A stretch of 64,000 nucleotides of DNA, from positions 4,515-68,514 of the forward strand of contig JAEWCY010000001.1 in assembly GCA_023390395.1 (NCBI GenBank), read 5' to 3'. A program made the translations under genes and the position numbers. Shown piece by piece: positions 46,796-55,598 of the stretch. The number at the start of each line of letters is the position of its first letter. Positions within the stretch are counted from its first letter, which is position 1. Under the pieces are notes generated by a model that saw only the letters and a list, made by a program, of their open reading frames with translations, did no database searches and was not told the origin of the DNA. This stretch comes from Pseudomonadota bacterium. GTDB taxonomy: Bacteria; Desulfobacterota; Desulfovibrionia; Desulfovibrionales; Desulfovibrionaceae.

Positions 46796-49700
46796 GTGAA
46801 GCCCTCCGACGTGCCGCAACCCTCGCGCCGGGTCTTCGTCGCGCTGTTCGTCCTGCTGCTCGCGGCCGGCCTCGGGCTGCGCCTGGCCGGCATCGGCGAT
46901 CCCCAGCTGTGGGAGGACGACTACCTGAACCTGGACCGGGCGCTCATGCCGCCCGGGCGCATGATCGCGATCCAGCAGTACCAGGGGCCGGCCGACACCA
47001 TCTTCGACTTCCAGCCGCCCCTGTCCTACCTGCTGGTCCACGCCGCCCTCACGGTCTCCGACACCGTGCTGGCCACCCGCATGCCCTCGCTTTTGGCCGG
47101 AGCCTTGTCGCTTCTGGCCGTGGGCCTGCTCGGGACCCTGGCCGGCGGCCGCCGGGCCGGGCTTTGCGCCGTGGCCTTGTGCGCCCTGTCGCTTTTTCAC
47201 CTGGACTTTTCCCGGGCCATCAAGCCCTACGCGCTGTTCCTGTGCACTCTGGGCTTTTCCCAGTACTTCCTCATCCGCTGCCTCTCGCCCGGCCAGCGCG
47301 ACGCGTTCCCTTTTCTCGCCGCCTGGAGCGGCGTCACGGCCCTGATGCTGACCACGGCCTACCAGGGCGTGCCGGTCCTGGCCTGCGAAGGGCTGGCCGC
47401 CGGCCTGCTCTTCGTCGCCCGCAAGGGGGTCTTCGCCGAGCCCGGCCGGGGCAAGCGCCTGGCCTGGCTGGCCCTGGCCGGGGTCGCGGCCGTGGCGGCC
47501 TGGCTGCCGCTGGTGCGGGGCCTGCTTTTCATCCAGGAATTCCTCAAAAACCCGTCCGTGGACCCCTGGCGGGGGCTTTCCGTCGGTTTTTTCGGCGACA
47601 TGCTGCGCGGGCTTTTCTACCAGCACGCCCCGGCCGGGACGGCCTTTACCCTGCTGCTCGGCGCGCTGGTCCTACTCGGCGCGCTGGGCTGCGCCCGGCT
47701 GCCGCTGCTGGTGCTGGCCGCCACGGGCGTGCTGCCGGCGGCGGCCATGCTCACGAGCCAGACCGACCTGCGGCCGCTGGTGTCCTGGCGGCATCTGTCG
47801 TGCCTTATGCCGCTTCTGGCCGTGTGCCTGGGCGTCGGCGCGGACCGCCTGGCCGGGGCGGCGGCCCGGGTCCTTCCCGCCAAGGCCCGGCCGGCCGGAG
47901 CGTTGGCCTGTGCCCTGGCCGTGGTCGCTTTGGCCATGACCCCGGTCCTTCGCGACCTGCCCGAGGCCCTTTCCCGCAGCCTGTCCAACGACCGCGACCT
48001 CATGCGGTACGTAAGCCGCCTGCCCGCGCCCGACGCCGCCCTGGCCTTCACCGGCTACCAGCGAAACGCCCGCAACTTCTCCGCCCGTTGGCACCTGCCC
48101 GGCCGGTTCGACGCGCCGGGCGACTTCGCGGCCCCGGGCTACGTCCGCGCCCTGGTGCTCGACGCCTACGGCGAGGGTTCGGACCGCAAGCGCCCCCCGC
48201 CGCCCGGGACCCTCCTCGACTCCTGGGGCACGGGCCTTGGCCGTTCGCGCCTTTCCCTGGCCGGCCTGCCGAGCCGGGCCCCCTTGCTCCTGGCCCCGGA
48301 CCGGGACGCGCCCGCCGCCTACGCCGACGACTTCCGCGACCGTCGCGCCTACAACGACGCCTTCGCCCTGGAGAACTTCACTCCCGACCCTGAAGTCGGG
48401 CTCCTGCGCCCCACCCGCTACGAGGTTCCGGCCGCCGCGGTCTGGCGCTTCGTCGTGCCGCCCGGGGCCCGGGTCGCGGCCACGGTCACGGCCGCGCTCT
48501 ACAAGCGCCATCCGGGCGTGGCCTCCGACGCCAGGCTCACCCTTTCGGCCAGCGCCGACGGCCGGAGCTTCACCCCCGTGGCCAGCCTCGGCCACGGCGA
48601 TTTCCTCCTGCCCGACGGCACGCCGCGCCGCACGCCGCGCCGGTTCTTCGAGGAGATGGGCTTTTACGACGACTGCCGCGAGGCCACGGCGCGCCTGGAC
48701 CTCACGCCCTTCGCCGCCGGCGGCGCGGTCAGCCTGCGCCTGGACTACGCCCCGGGCGTGCGGGAGGGCTTCCTCAACGTCTCGGGCCTGGCCGTGACCG
48801 CGACCGAGGACCCCGCCGCCGGCCAGGCCGCGCCGCCAAGGGACGCCGCGGCCTTTTACGCCGCCAACCTGGCCCGCAACTGCGCCTCGCCGGCCTACCG
48901 GCCGGGCGTGACCCTGGTCGGCCCGGCCGCCTACGTCTTCGCCGCGCCCGGCCGCCAGGACCTCGCCCGCACGTTCCCGGGCGGGCAGGTCATCGGCGCG
49001 CCCGGGGAGTTGGCCCGCTTCGAGGCCGACCACCCGGGCCTGGCCCCGGCCTACGTGCTGCCGGGACCGGACGGGAGCCCGGCCGTGGTCGTCCACGATC
49101 CGGCCCTGGACCCGCGGCAAGGATCGGCCCACCTGAGCGAGGCCGCTCCCCGGGCCGTCCTGGACGTGGCCGCGCCCTTTGATGTGGGAACCCTGTGGCT
49201 GTGGGGCCGCATCAACGCCCCCAGCCTGACCTTCGGCCACGAGAAGCTGGCCATCCCCGTGGCCGCCCCGCCGGGTTCGGTCCTGCGCCTGACTCCCGGC
49301 GGCCAGGGGCTCTTGACCTTCACTCCGGACTTCGATCCGCCGGATTTCACCGACGGCCCGAACGCCCGGTTCCAGAACATGGCCCTTGCGACCTCCTATC
49401 CGGAGTACGCCGGCGGCGTGACCTGCCGGCCGGAGACGGACTGCCGCTTCGAGTACGTGATCGTCTCGGGCCTGCCCGTCACGGAACTGCGCCTCATGAC
49501 CTACCCGCGCCTCTACGGCGGCCCCGGCCCCAAGGGACGCTGCCGGGCGGCCGTGTCCACCAACGGGCGCGACTTCGACACGGTGGTGGATTTCCGCGAC
49601 GCCCCGGACGGCGACTGGAGCCCCCTGTTCGCCCGGCGCTTCGCCCGGGTGCGCTTTGAAAAACCCGTCACCTTCGTCACCGTGCGCTTTACGCTGGCGG

Positions 49701-49906
49701 CCAACGCCGAGGCGGAATTCTGGTCCCACACCCGGCCCGTGGACCGCATGGTCGTGGAAGCGGCCCTCGACGCCAGGAGCCTCCCGCCCCTGACCCTTCC
49801 CGCCGGGGAGGTCGCGGTGACGCTTTCCGGGGAGCCGGGCAACGACCTGCGCCTTTTGCCCGCCACGGCCCGGCCGGGCCTGGAACGCGTCTGGCCCGGG
49901 GATTGA
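46796..49906 (+). CDS. GT-C (ArnT/PMT-like) membrane glycosyltransferase with large C-terminal soluble region
   Basis: LRLAGIG..LWEDD, QPPLSY, RMPSLLAG, SRAIKPYAL, many TMs in the first ~390 aa; GTG after GGAGG. Confidence 0.78.
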   Translation: MKPSDVPQPSRRVFVALFVLLLAAGLGLRLAGIGDPQLWEDDYLNLDRALMPPGRMIAIQQYQGPADTIFDFQPPLSYLLVHAALTVSDTVLATRMPSLLAGALSLLAVGLLGTLAGGRRAGLCAVALCALSLFHLDFSRAIKPYALFLCTLGFSQYFLIRCLSPGQRDAFPFLAAWSGVTALMLTTAYQGVPVLACEGLAAGLLFVARKGVFAEPGRGKRLAWLALAGVAAVAAWLPLVRGLLFIQEFLKNPSVDPWRGLSVGFFGDMLRGLFYQHAPAGTAFTLLLGALVLLGALGCARLPLLVLAATGVLPAAAMLTSQTDLRPLVSWRHLSCLMPLLAVCLGVGADRLAGAAARVLPAKARPAGALACALAVVALAMTPVLRDLPEALSRSLSNDRDLMRYVSRLPAPDAALAFTGYQRNARNFSARWHLPGRFDAPGDFAAPGYVRALVLDAYGEGSDRKRPPPPGTLLDSWGTGLGRSRLSLAGLPSRAPLLLAPDRDAPAAYADDFRDRRAYNDAFALENFTPDPEVGLLRPTRYEVPAAAVWRFVVPPGARVAATVTAALYKRHPGVASDARLTLSASADGRSFTPVASLGHGDFLLPDGTPRRTPRRFFEEMGFYDDCREATARLDLTPFAAGGAVSLRLDYAPGVREGFLNVSGLAVTATEDPAAGQAAPPRDAAAFYAANLARNCASPAYRPGVTLVGPAAYVFAAPGRQDLARTFPGGQVIGAPGELARFEADHPGLAPAYVLPGPDGSPAVVVHDPALDPRQGSAHLSEAAPRAVLDVAAPFDVGTLWLWGRINAPSLTFGHEKLAIPVAAPPGSVLRLTPGGQGLLTFTPDFDPPDFTDGPNARFQNMALATSYPEYAGGVTCRPETDCRFEYVIVSGLPVTELRLMTYPRLYGGPGPKGRCRAAVSTNGRDFDTVVDFRDAPDGDWSPLFARRFARVRFEKPVTFVTVRFTLAANAEAEFWSHTRPVDRMVVEAALDARSLPPLTLPAGEVAVTLSGEPGNDLRLLPATARPGLERVWPGD

Positions 49907-49924
49907 CGTCTGCGCCCCGGACGA

Positions 49925-49953
49925 TTGCCGGAACCCGCCGGCCATGCTAGGTT
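49925..49953 (+). promoter_or_regulatory. Putative sigma-70 promoter
   Basis: TTGCCG-N17-TAGGTT with TG extension, upstream of ATG 49997. Confidence 0.35.
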
Positions 49954-49996
49954 CCGCCATGCTCCGCGCACGTTTCGAAAGGACGACTTCCCCGTC

Positions 49997-51331
49997 ATGA
50001 CCGCCCCGAACGACGCCTACGTGGTGGTCGGGGCCGGCGCGGCCGGGCTGACCTGCGCCGTGCGGCTGGCCGAGGCCGGCCGGCCGGTGGTGGTCCTCGA
50101 ACGCGAGCCCGAGGTCGGCGGTCTCCTGCGCTCCCTGGTCCTCGACGACGTGGTCTTCGACCTCGGCCCCCACGTGCTTTTTCTCGACCAGCCCGGCCCG
50201 GGCGAGGACTTCCTGCGCCGGGTCCTGGACGGCCATCCCGTCATCCGCCGCCCCTTCGCCTTCGCCATCGAGGCCGGCGGCCGGCAGTGGAAGTTTCCCA
50301 ACCATTTCGATTTCCTGCGCTACCCCTGGAAGTACCAGTGCGAGGTGGCGCGCGCCGCGCTCAAGCGCCGGGGCGCGCCGCCGCCGGAGCCCATCCCGGC
50401 TTCGCTGGAGCTTTCGGAAAAAAGCGGCCCCGGGCTCTACGCCCTGCTCTTCCGCGACCTGTTCGCCAAAAAGGCCCTGCTGCCGCCGACGGCGCTCCAC
50501 CACCACTGGCTGGCCCGGGTGGACCGCACCATCGACAACGAAAAGGAGCCCTTCGCCCGGCGCGGCAAGGCGGCGGCCGTCCTCTCCGCCCTGTCCCGGC
50601 TGCGCCAGCGCTACACCTATCCGGCCGGCGGCCTCGGCGACGTGCCGGCCCTGCTCGCCGCGCGCCTGCGCCGGGCCGGGGGCGAAATCGTCACGGGCGT
50701 TTCCGCGATTTCCCTGGTCCGACAAGGCCAGCGTATCGCGCGCGTGACGGCCGACGGCCGGGAGATCGCCGTGCGCCACCTCGTCTGGACCGCGCCGCTC
50801 AATGCCTTAAACGCCGCCCTGGGCGACCCCGCGCCGGTCCTGCCCACGGTGACCATGCGCCTGGTCATGCTCACCTACGACCAGGCCGCGCCGGTCGCCC
50901 GGCCCTTCGTCTACACCTACCACCCCGATCCGGCGCTCACGGCCAACCGCGTCTATTACCCGTCGTCCCTCTTCCGGGAGCGCGGCCCGGCCGGCCGGGA
51001 GGGGCTGTGCCTGGAAATCAACGTGGCCGCCGGCGACGCCGCGCCGCCGAGCGAAGAGGAGAGCGTCGCCGCGGCCGTGGCCGACGTGGCCCGCCTGGGC
51101 CTTTACCCGGCCTCGGCCCTGCGCCGGGCCAGGGCGGTCACCCTGCCGGCGGCCATGCCCGTCTACCCCCTGGACTACGAAGCGCGCCTGGACGCCGCCG
51201 CCGCGCCGGTGCGCGGCCTGGCCAACGCCCACGCCGTGGGCCGCCAGGGCGGCTTTTATTTCTGCCTCACGCCCGGGGCCGTGAGCCAGGGCCTCAAGAT
51301 GGCGGCCCGCCTGCTGGAGCCGACCCCATAA
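49997..51331 (+). CDS. FAD-dependent oxidoreductase (HemY/UDP-galactopyranose mutase-like)
   Basis: VVGAGAAGL, LEREPEVGGLLRS, FDLGPH, YPAGG, AMPVY, VGRQG. Confidence 0.8.
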   Translation: MTAPNDAYVVVGAGAAGLTCAVRLAEAGRPVVVLEREPEVGGLLRSLVLDDVVFDLGPHVLFLDQPGPGEDFLRRVLDGHPVIRRPFAFAIEAGGRQWKFPNHFDFLRYPWKYQCEVARAALKRRGAPPPEPIPASLELSEKSGPGLYALLFRDLFAKKALLPPTALHHHWLARVDRTIDNEKEPFARRGKAAAVLSALSRLRQRYTYPAGGLGDVPALLAARLRRAGGEIVTGVSAISLVRQGQRIARVTADGREIAVRHLVWTAPLNALNAALGDPAPVLPTVTMRLVMLTYDQAAPVARPFVYTYHPDPALTANRVYYPSSLFRERGPAGREGLCLEINVAAGDAAPPSEEESVAAAVADVARLGLYPASALRRARAVTLPAAMPVYPLDYEARLDAAAAPVRGLANAHAVGRQGGFYFCLTPGAVSQGLKMAARLLEPTP

Positions 51332-51342
51332 CCGGAGGGCAC

Positions 51343-52401
51343 ATGGGACTTCTCGATTCCGCCCTGGCCACCAAGGGCGCGGGCGCGGCCGAACGCGCGA
51401 AGATCCTCAAGCGCCACGCCCAGGCCTTCCTGCGCCACGCGACGCCCAGGCGGCTGCTCAACTTCGCCCGGGCCGAGCGCAACCGGCTGCAGAAACGCAC
51501 GGTCCTCGATTCGCTGCCCTATATCCTCAAGATCGAGACCACCAACATCTGCAACCTGCGCTGCGCCTACTGCTACGACGACCGCCGCCCGCCCCGCGAC
51601 GACGAGCGCCCCTTCGGCCGCATGTCCCCGGACCAGTTCCGGGCCATCCTCGACGACGTGGGCGCGTATCTGTTCAAGATCAACCTCTACGGCTTCGGCG
51701 AGCCGTTCCTGTTCCCCGAGACCCTGGACATGATCCGCCTGGCCGCGGACCGCAACATCGGCGTGGGCGTGTCCTCCAACCTCACCCACCGCGATCCGGA
51801 CCTGCCCCGGCGCATCGTGGCCTCGGGCCTGGAGGTGCTCATCTTCTCCTGCCACGGCGTGTCCCAGGAGACGAGCAGCCGCTTCATGCGCGGCGGCAAC
51901 CCCGACGTGGCCCTGGCCGCGCTTCGCGCCGTCATCGAGGAACGCCGCAAGGCCGGCCGCGACACGCCGTTTGTCGACTGGCAGTACTGCGTCACGGGAT
52001 TCAACGAGCACGAGATCCCGGCCGCCCGGGAAAAGGCGAAAGAGCTCGGCGTGGACCAGGTGCGCTTCATCAAGCCCTTTTTCCCGGCCGACGCCCCGGA
52101 CGACTGGTTTTCCACGCGCTTCCCGCGCCAGACCTTCCGCCACGGCGACGACGAGCCGTCGCCCGGCTGCTCGTGGCTCTACCGCTCGGCCTACGTCAAC
52201 TGGGACGGCGGGCTCATCCCCTGCTGCCGCGACCCGCGCGACCCGTCCGTGGATTTCGGCAACGTGCTCCGAACGCCCTTCCGCCAGGTCTGGAACAACG
52301 GGAAGTACCAGGCCGCCAGGGCGCTTTTGGCCGAGCCGACGCGGGGCGACCTGCGCGCCGGCATCCTGTGCGGCCGCTGCCCGGTGACGAAGGCGAAATA
52401 G
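51343..52401 (+). CDS. Radical SAM protein with SPASM/twitch domain
   Basis: CNLRCAYC, GFGEP, SSN, WQYCVTGFNEHEI, CSWLY..PCC..FGN..CGRC; GGAGG RBS. Confidence 0.9.
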   Translation: MGLLDSALATKGAGAAERAKILKRHAQAFLRHATPRRLLNFARAERNRLQKRTVLDSLPYILKIETTNICNLRCAYCYDDRRPPRDDERPFGRMSPDQFRAILDDVGAYLFKINLYGFGEPFLFPETLDMIRLAADRNIGVGVSSNLTHRDPDLPRRIVASGLEVLIFSCHGVSQETSSRFMRGGNPDVALAALRAVIEERRKAGRDTPFVDWQYCVTGFNEHEIPAAREKAKELGVDQVRFIKPFFPADAPDDWFSTRFPRQTFRHGDDEPSPGCSWLYRSAYVNWDGGLIPCCRDPRDPSVDFGNVLRTPFRQVWNNGKYQAARALLAEPTRGDLRAGILCGRCPVTKAK

Positions 52402-52418
52402 GAAGGGAAAAAAAGAAA

Positions 52419-52470
52419 CGGGGCGCTGCCCCGGGCCCCGCCGGGGGGCATGATGCCCCCCGGACCCCCT
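52419..52470. repeat. REP-like double-hairpin intergenic element, probable terminator
   Basis: CGGGGC-GCT-GCCCCG and CCGGGGGGCA-TGA-TGCCCCCCGG between convergent genes; adjacent A-tract gives a U-tract on the minus strand. Confidence 0.6.
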
Positions 52471-52492
52471 CGACGGGGACGAGGCCGAAAGG

Positions 52493-52789
52493 TCAATAGG
52501 CGGAGTCGTTGCTTTCGGCGGCGCTCCAGACGTCGAGCGGAATGTCGTTGTCCAGGACGCGCTGCACGTAGCCGTTGTTCTTCGTATCGATCTTCTTCCA
52601 GGCCGTTTCGGCCTTCTGCTTGTCCTTCCACTGGGCGACGAATTCTTCCTTGGTGATCTTGCCGTCCTTGTTCACGTCATACTTGGCGTAGACCTGATCG
52701 AGGGAGGTATAGCCCTTCTTCTTGGCGCAGCCGCCCACGGCCGCCAGAAGCGCCAAGGCCAGCGTCAGAATCAACAACACCCGCGTCAT
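52493..52789 (-). CDS. Small EF-hand lipoprotein
   Basis: Signal peptide with lipobox-like VGGC; EF-hand DVNKDGKITKEE and second loop DTKNNGYV; AAGGAG RBS. Confidence 0.85.
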   Translation of the reverse strand: MTRVLLILTLALALLAAVGGCAKKKGYTSLDQVYAKYDVNKDGKITKEEFVAQWKDKQKAETAWKKIDTKNNGYVQRVLDNDIPLDVWSAAESNDSAY

Positions 52790-53086
52790 GCCGTGCTCCT
52801 TTTCCCGATGTCATGGTTTCGCGCGCCCCTCGCGCCCCGTCGCCCCGCAACGCCTCGGCAAAGGCCGCAGGCCAGGCTGCTTGCGCCGCCGGCCTTCCAA
52901 TGAAAATCCTACAGGAACCCGCGCCCCCGGCGCAAGGGTCCGGGGCCGCCAATGCGTCGCGGTCCCGGACTTTTCCATTGTCCGGCGTCGCGCCCCTCCT
53001 TCTTGCCGTCGCCCCGGGGCCTGGGCTATTCGGGCCTTTGGCGGCGCGCGCCGCCCCCTTCGCAACCCGAGGACCGAGGATCGCCC

Positions 53087-55477
53087 ATGCCGTTCGCCCC
53101 CGATGCCTGGATTCGCCTGCGCCACGAAGACACCGCCGTCTACCTGTGTCCGGACGTCCCGGACTGGTTCGTGCCGAGCCCCGCCGGCGACGCCGCCATC
53201 CAGGCCGCCGCGCGCGGGGAGTCCCCGGACTGCCAATCCCAGATGTTCCTGGCCCGGCTGCCCGAGGCCGCGCCCCTGCCCTACGCCGGCCGCCGGGCCG
53301 CCCTGCCCCTGGCCGGGCTCAGGGAGCTGTGGCTGCACGTCACGGACCGCTGCAACCTGGCCTGTCGCCATTGCCTGTTCTGCTCCGGTCCGGCCGCCGC
53401 CAGGGAACTGGCCACGGATGTGGCGCTCGGGCGCATGTCCGAGGCCCGGGCGCTCGGCTGCCGGGTGTTCGCCCTGACCGGCGGCGAGCCCTTCCTGCAC
53501 CCCGGCTTCGCGGCCCTCGTCGACCACGCCCTGGCCGACCCCGCCGCCCATGCCGTGGTGCTGACCAACGGCACGGGCTTTTCCGCCTTCCGGGAGCGCC
53601 TGGAGGGCTGGCCCCGGGAGCGCCTGCACTTCCAGGTGAGCTGCGACGGCCTGGAGGCGCGCCACGACGCCCTGCGCGGCCCGGGCGCGTTTTCGCGCCT
53701 GGCCGCCGACTTGCGCCTGGCCCGGGACCTCGGCTATCCGGTGACCCTTTCCTTCTGTCCCACCCGCGACAACTTGGCCGACCTGCCGGACGTGGCCGCC
53801 TTCGCCGCCGCCTGCGGCGCTTCGGGGCTGCACCTCATGTGGCACTTCGCCGCCGGGCGCGGCCGCGACGACGACCGGCCGGACACCGACGCCCTGTACG
53901 CGGCCGTGGTCGCGGCCTGGGACCGGGCCGAGGCCCTGGGGCTTGCCGTGGACAACGTCGAGGCCCTGCGCGCCCAGGTGTTCGCGCCCGTGGGCACGCG
54001 CCACGACGGGGCCACGGCCGGATACGAATCCGTGGCCCTGGGCCCGGACGGCGCCCTCTACCCGAGCCCGGCGCTCATCGGCCTTACGGAGCTGGCCACG
54101 CCGGTCCCGGACGCGGGCGGGCTGGCGGCGGCCTGGCGGGACAGCCCGGTGCTCGAGGCCCTGCGCCGGGCGAGCTGCCGGGAGAGCGCCTCGCCCTGGA
54201 AGTACCTCCTCGGCGGCGGCGACCCGGACCATTCCTTTCGCCACGGCGGCGCGTTCACCGGCCACGATCCCTATCTGCCGCTGCTCGAGCGCCTGGCCGC
54301 CCGGCTGATCGCCCGGGAGGCCGCCGCCGTGCCGCCGGCCCTGCCCGATTCCCGGCCGGCGCTGCGGCTCAAGATGGGCGAAACCCACGTCAGCTGCCAC
54401 GCCCACGGCGAGGTGGCCCTGGCCCACACCAACTGCCTGCTGTCGCTTCCCGGCCAGGGGAGCCTCGCGCAGATCAAGGCCTTCTACACCGAGGCGGCGG
54501 CCGTGGAAAAAGGCGACATCGTCAACCCGGTCCATTATCCCGACGAGATGGTGGCCCACATCCCCGCGCGCTTCCGGGTGCGCGGCTACGGCTGCGGCTC
54601 GCCCATCGCCGACGCGGCCCTGCGCCCGGGCGAAACCATGGTGGACCTCGGCTGCGGGGCCGGGGTCGAGTGTCTCGTGGCGGCCAAGGTCGTGGGTCCC
54701 ACGGGCAGGGTGATCGGCCTGGACATGCTGCCGCCCATGCTGGCCCGGGCCAGGGTCGCGGCCACGGCCACGGCCGAGGTCCTGGGCTACGCCAACACAG
54801 CCTTTTTCCAGGGCTACCTGGAAGCCATGCCCCTGGCCGACGCCACGGCCGACTGCGTGACGTCCAACTGCGTGCTCAACCTCTCCACGCGAAAACGCGC
54901 CCTCTACGCCGAGATTTTCCGCATCCTCAAGCCCGGCGGCCGCATCGTCTTTTCCGACGTGGCCACCGAGACGCCGGCCTCGGCCGCCATCTGCAACGAC
55001 CCGACCCTGCGCGGGGAGTGCATTTCCGGCACGCTCACGCAAAAAGACCTGACCGCCATCCTGGAGGAGGCCGGGTTCACGGACATCCGCTTCCTGCGCC
55101 GCTTTCCCTACCGCCTGGTGCGGGGCCACCGGTTCTATTCGGTGACGGTGTCCGCCCGTCGGCCGGCGGCCGTGGCCCGGCGGCGCAAGGTGTTCTACCG
55201 GGGGCCGTTTCCGGCCGTGGTCACGGCCTCGGGCGAGGTGCTGCGGGCCGGGGAGGTCAGGGAGATCGCACTGTTGGAGGAGGACTTGGCCGGCGAGCAC
55301 CTCTTCGTCCTGGACGGGGAAGGGGCCATCGCCAACCCGGACTTCCAGGCCGGTTCGGGCGCGTGCTGCTGCGGCGTGCCGACCAGGCCCGACGCCACGG
55401 TGGCGGCGCTGCTGGAAAAGCTCCCGACCCGCGAGGGGCTTGCGCCCTTCAACCTGGCTCCACCGGCCGGGGAATAG
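53087..55477 (+). CDS. Radical SAM - ArsM-like methyltransferase fusion protein
   Basis: CNLACRHC, TGGEP, LTNG; C-terminal YGCGSP, VDLGCGAG, GLDM, SNCVLNL, LKPGG, GECISG. Confidence 0.85.
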   Translation: MPFAPDAWIRLRHEDTAVYLCPDVPDWFVPSPAGDAAIQAAARGESPDCQSQMFLARLPEAAPLPYAGRRAALPLAGLRELWLHVTDRCNLACRHCLFCSGPAAARELATDVALGRMSEARALGCRVFALTGGEPFLHPGFAALVDHALADPAAHAVVLTNGTGFSAFRERLEGWPRERLHFQVSCDGLEARHDALRGPGAFSRLAADLRLARDLGYPVTLSFCPTRDNLADLPDVAAFAAACGASGLHLMWHFAAGRGRDDDRPDTDALYAAVVAAWDRAEALGLAVDNVEALRAQVFAPVGTRHDGATAGYESVALGPDGALYPSPALIGLTELATPVPDAGGLAAAWRDSPVLEALRRASCRESASPWKYLLGGGDPDHSFRHGGAFTGHDPYLPLLERLAARLIAREAAAVPPALPDSRPALRLKMGETHVSCHAHGEVALAHTNCLLSLPGQGSLAQIKAFYTEAAAVEKGDIVNPVHYPDEMVAHIPARFRVRGYGCGSPIADAALRPGETMVDLGCGAGVECLVAAKVVGPTGRVIGLDMLPPMLARARVAATATAEVLGYANTAFFQGYLEAMPLADATADCVTSNCVLNLSTRKRALYAEIFRILKPGGRIVFSDVATETPASAAICNDPTLRGECISGTLTQKDLTAILEEAGFTDIRFLRRFPYRLVRGHRFYSVTVSARRPAAVARRRKVFYRGPFPAVVTASGEVLRAGEVREIALLEEDLAGEHLFVLDGEGAIANPDFQAGSGACCCGVPTRPDATVAALLEKLPTREGLAPFNLAPPAGE

Positions 55478-55560
55478 CGGGGGGAAAGGGCCTCGTGTTG
55501 CGTCCGCGAAATGCGTGCACACGCATTCATCGGACAACCTGCTTGAGCTGCACTATTTTT

Positions 55561-55588
55561 CTGAAAAAATACTATCGTATTTTTTCAG
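55561..55588. repeat. AT-rich perfect inverted repeat between convergent genes
   Basis: CTGAAAAAATAC-TATC-GTATTTTTTCAG (12-bp arms). Confidence 0.7.
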
Positions 55589-55598
55589 GGGCGCAAGC

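Noticed and set aside
49997..51331. Protoporphyrinogen oxidase (hemY)
   Set aside because: Only the general FAD fold matches; the glycosylation context and absence of heme genes argue for a sugar-related enzyme
55475..55546. Stop-codon readthrough extending the rSAM-ArsM fusion
   Set aside because: The in-frame sequence after TAG closes within about 22 codons and shows no recognisable domain or recoding signal
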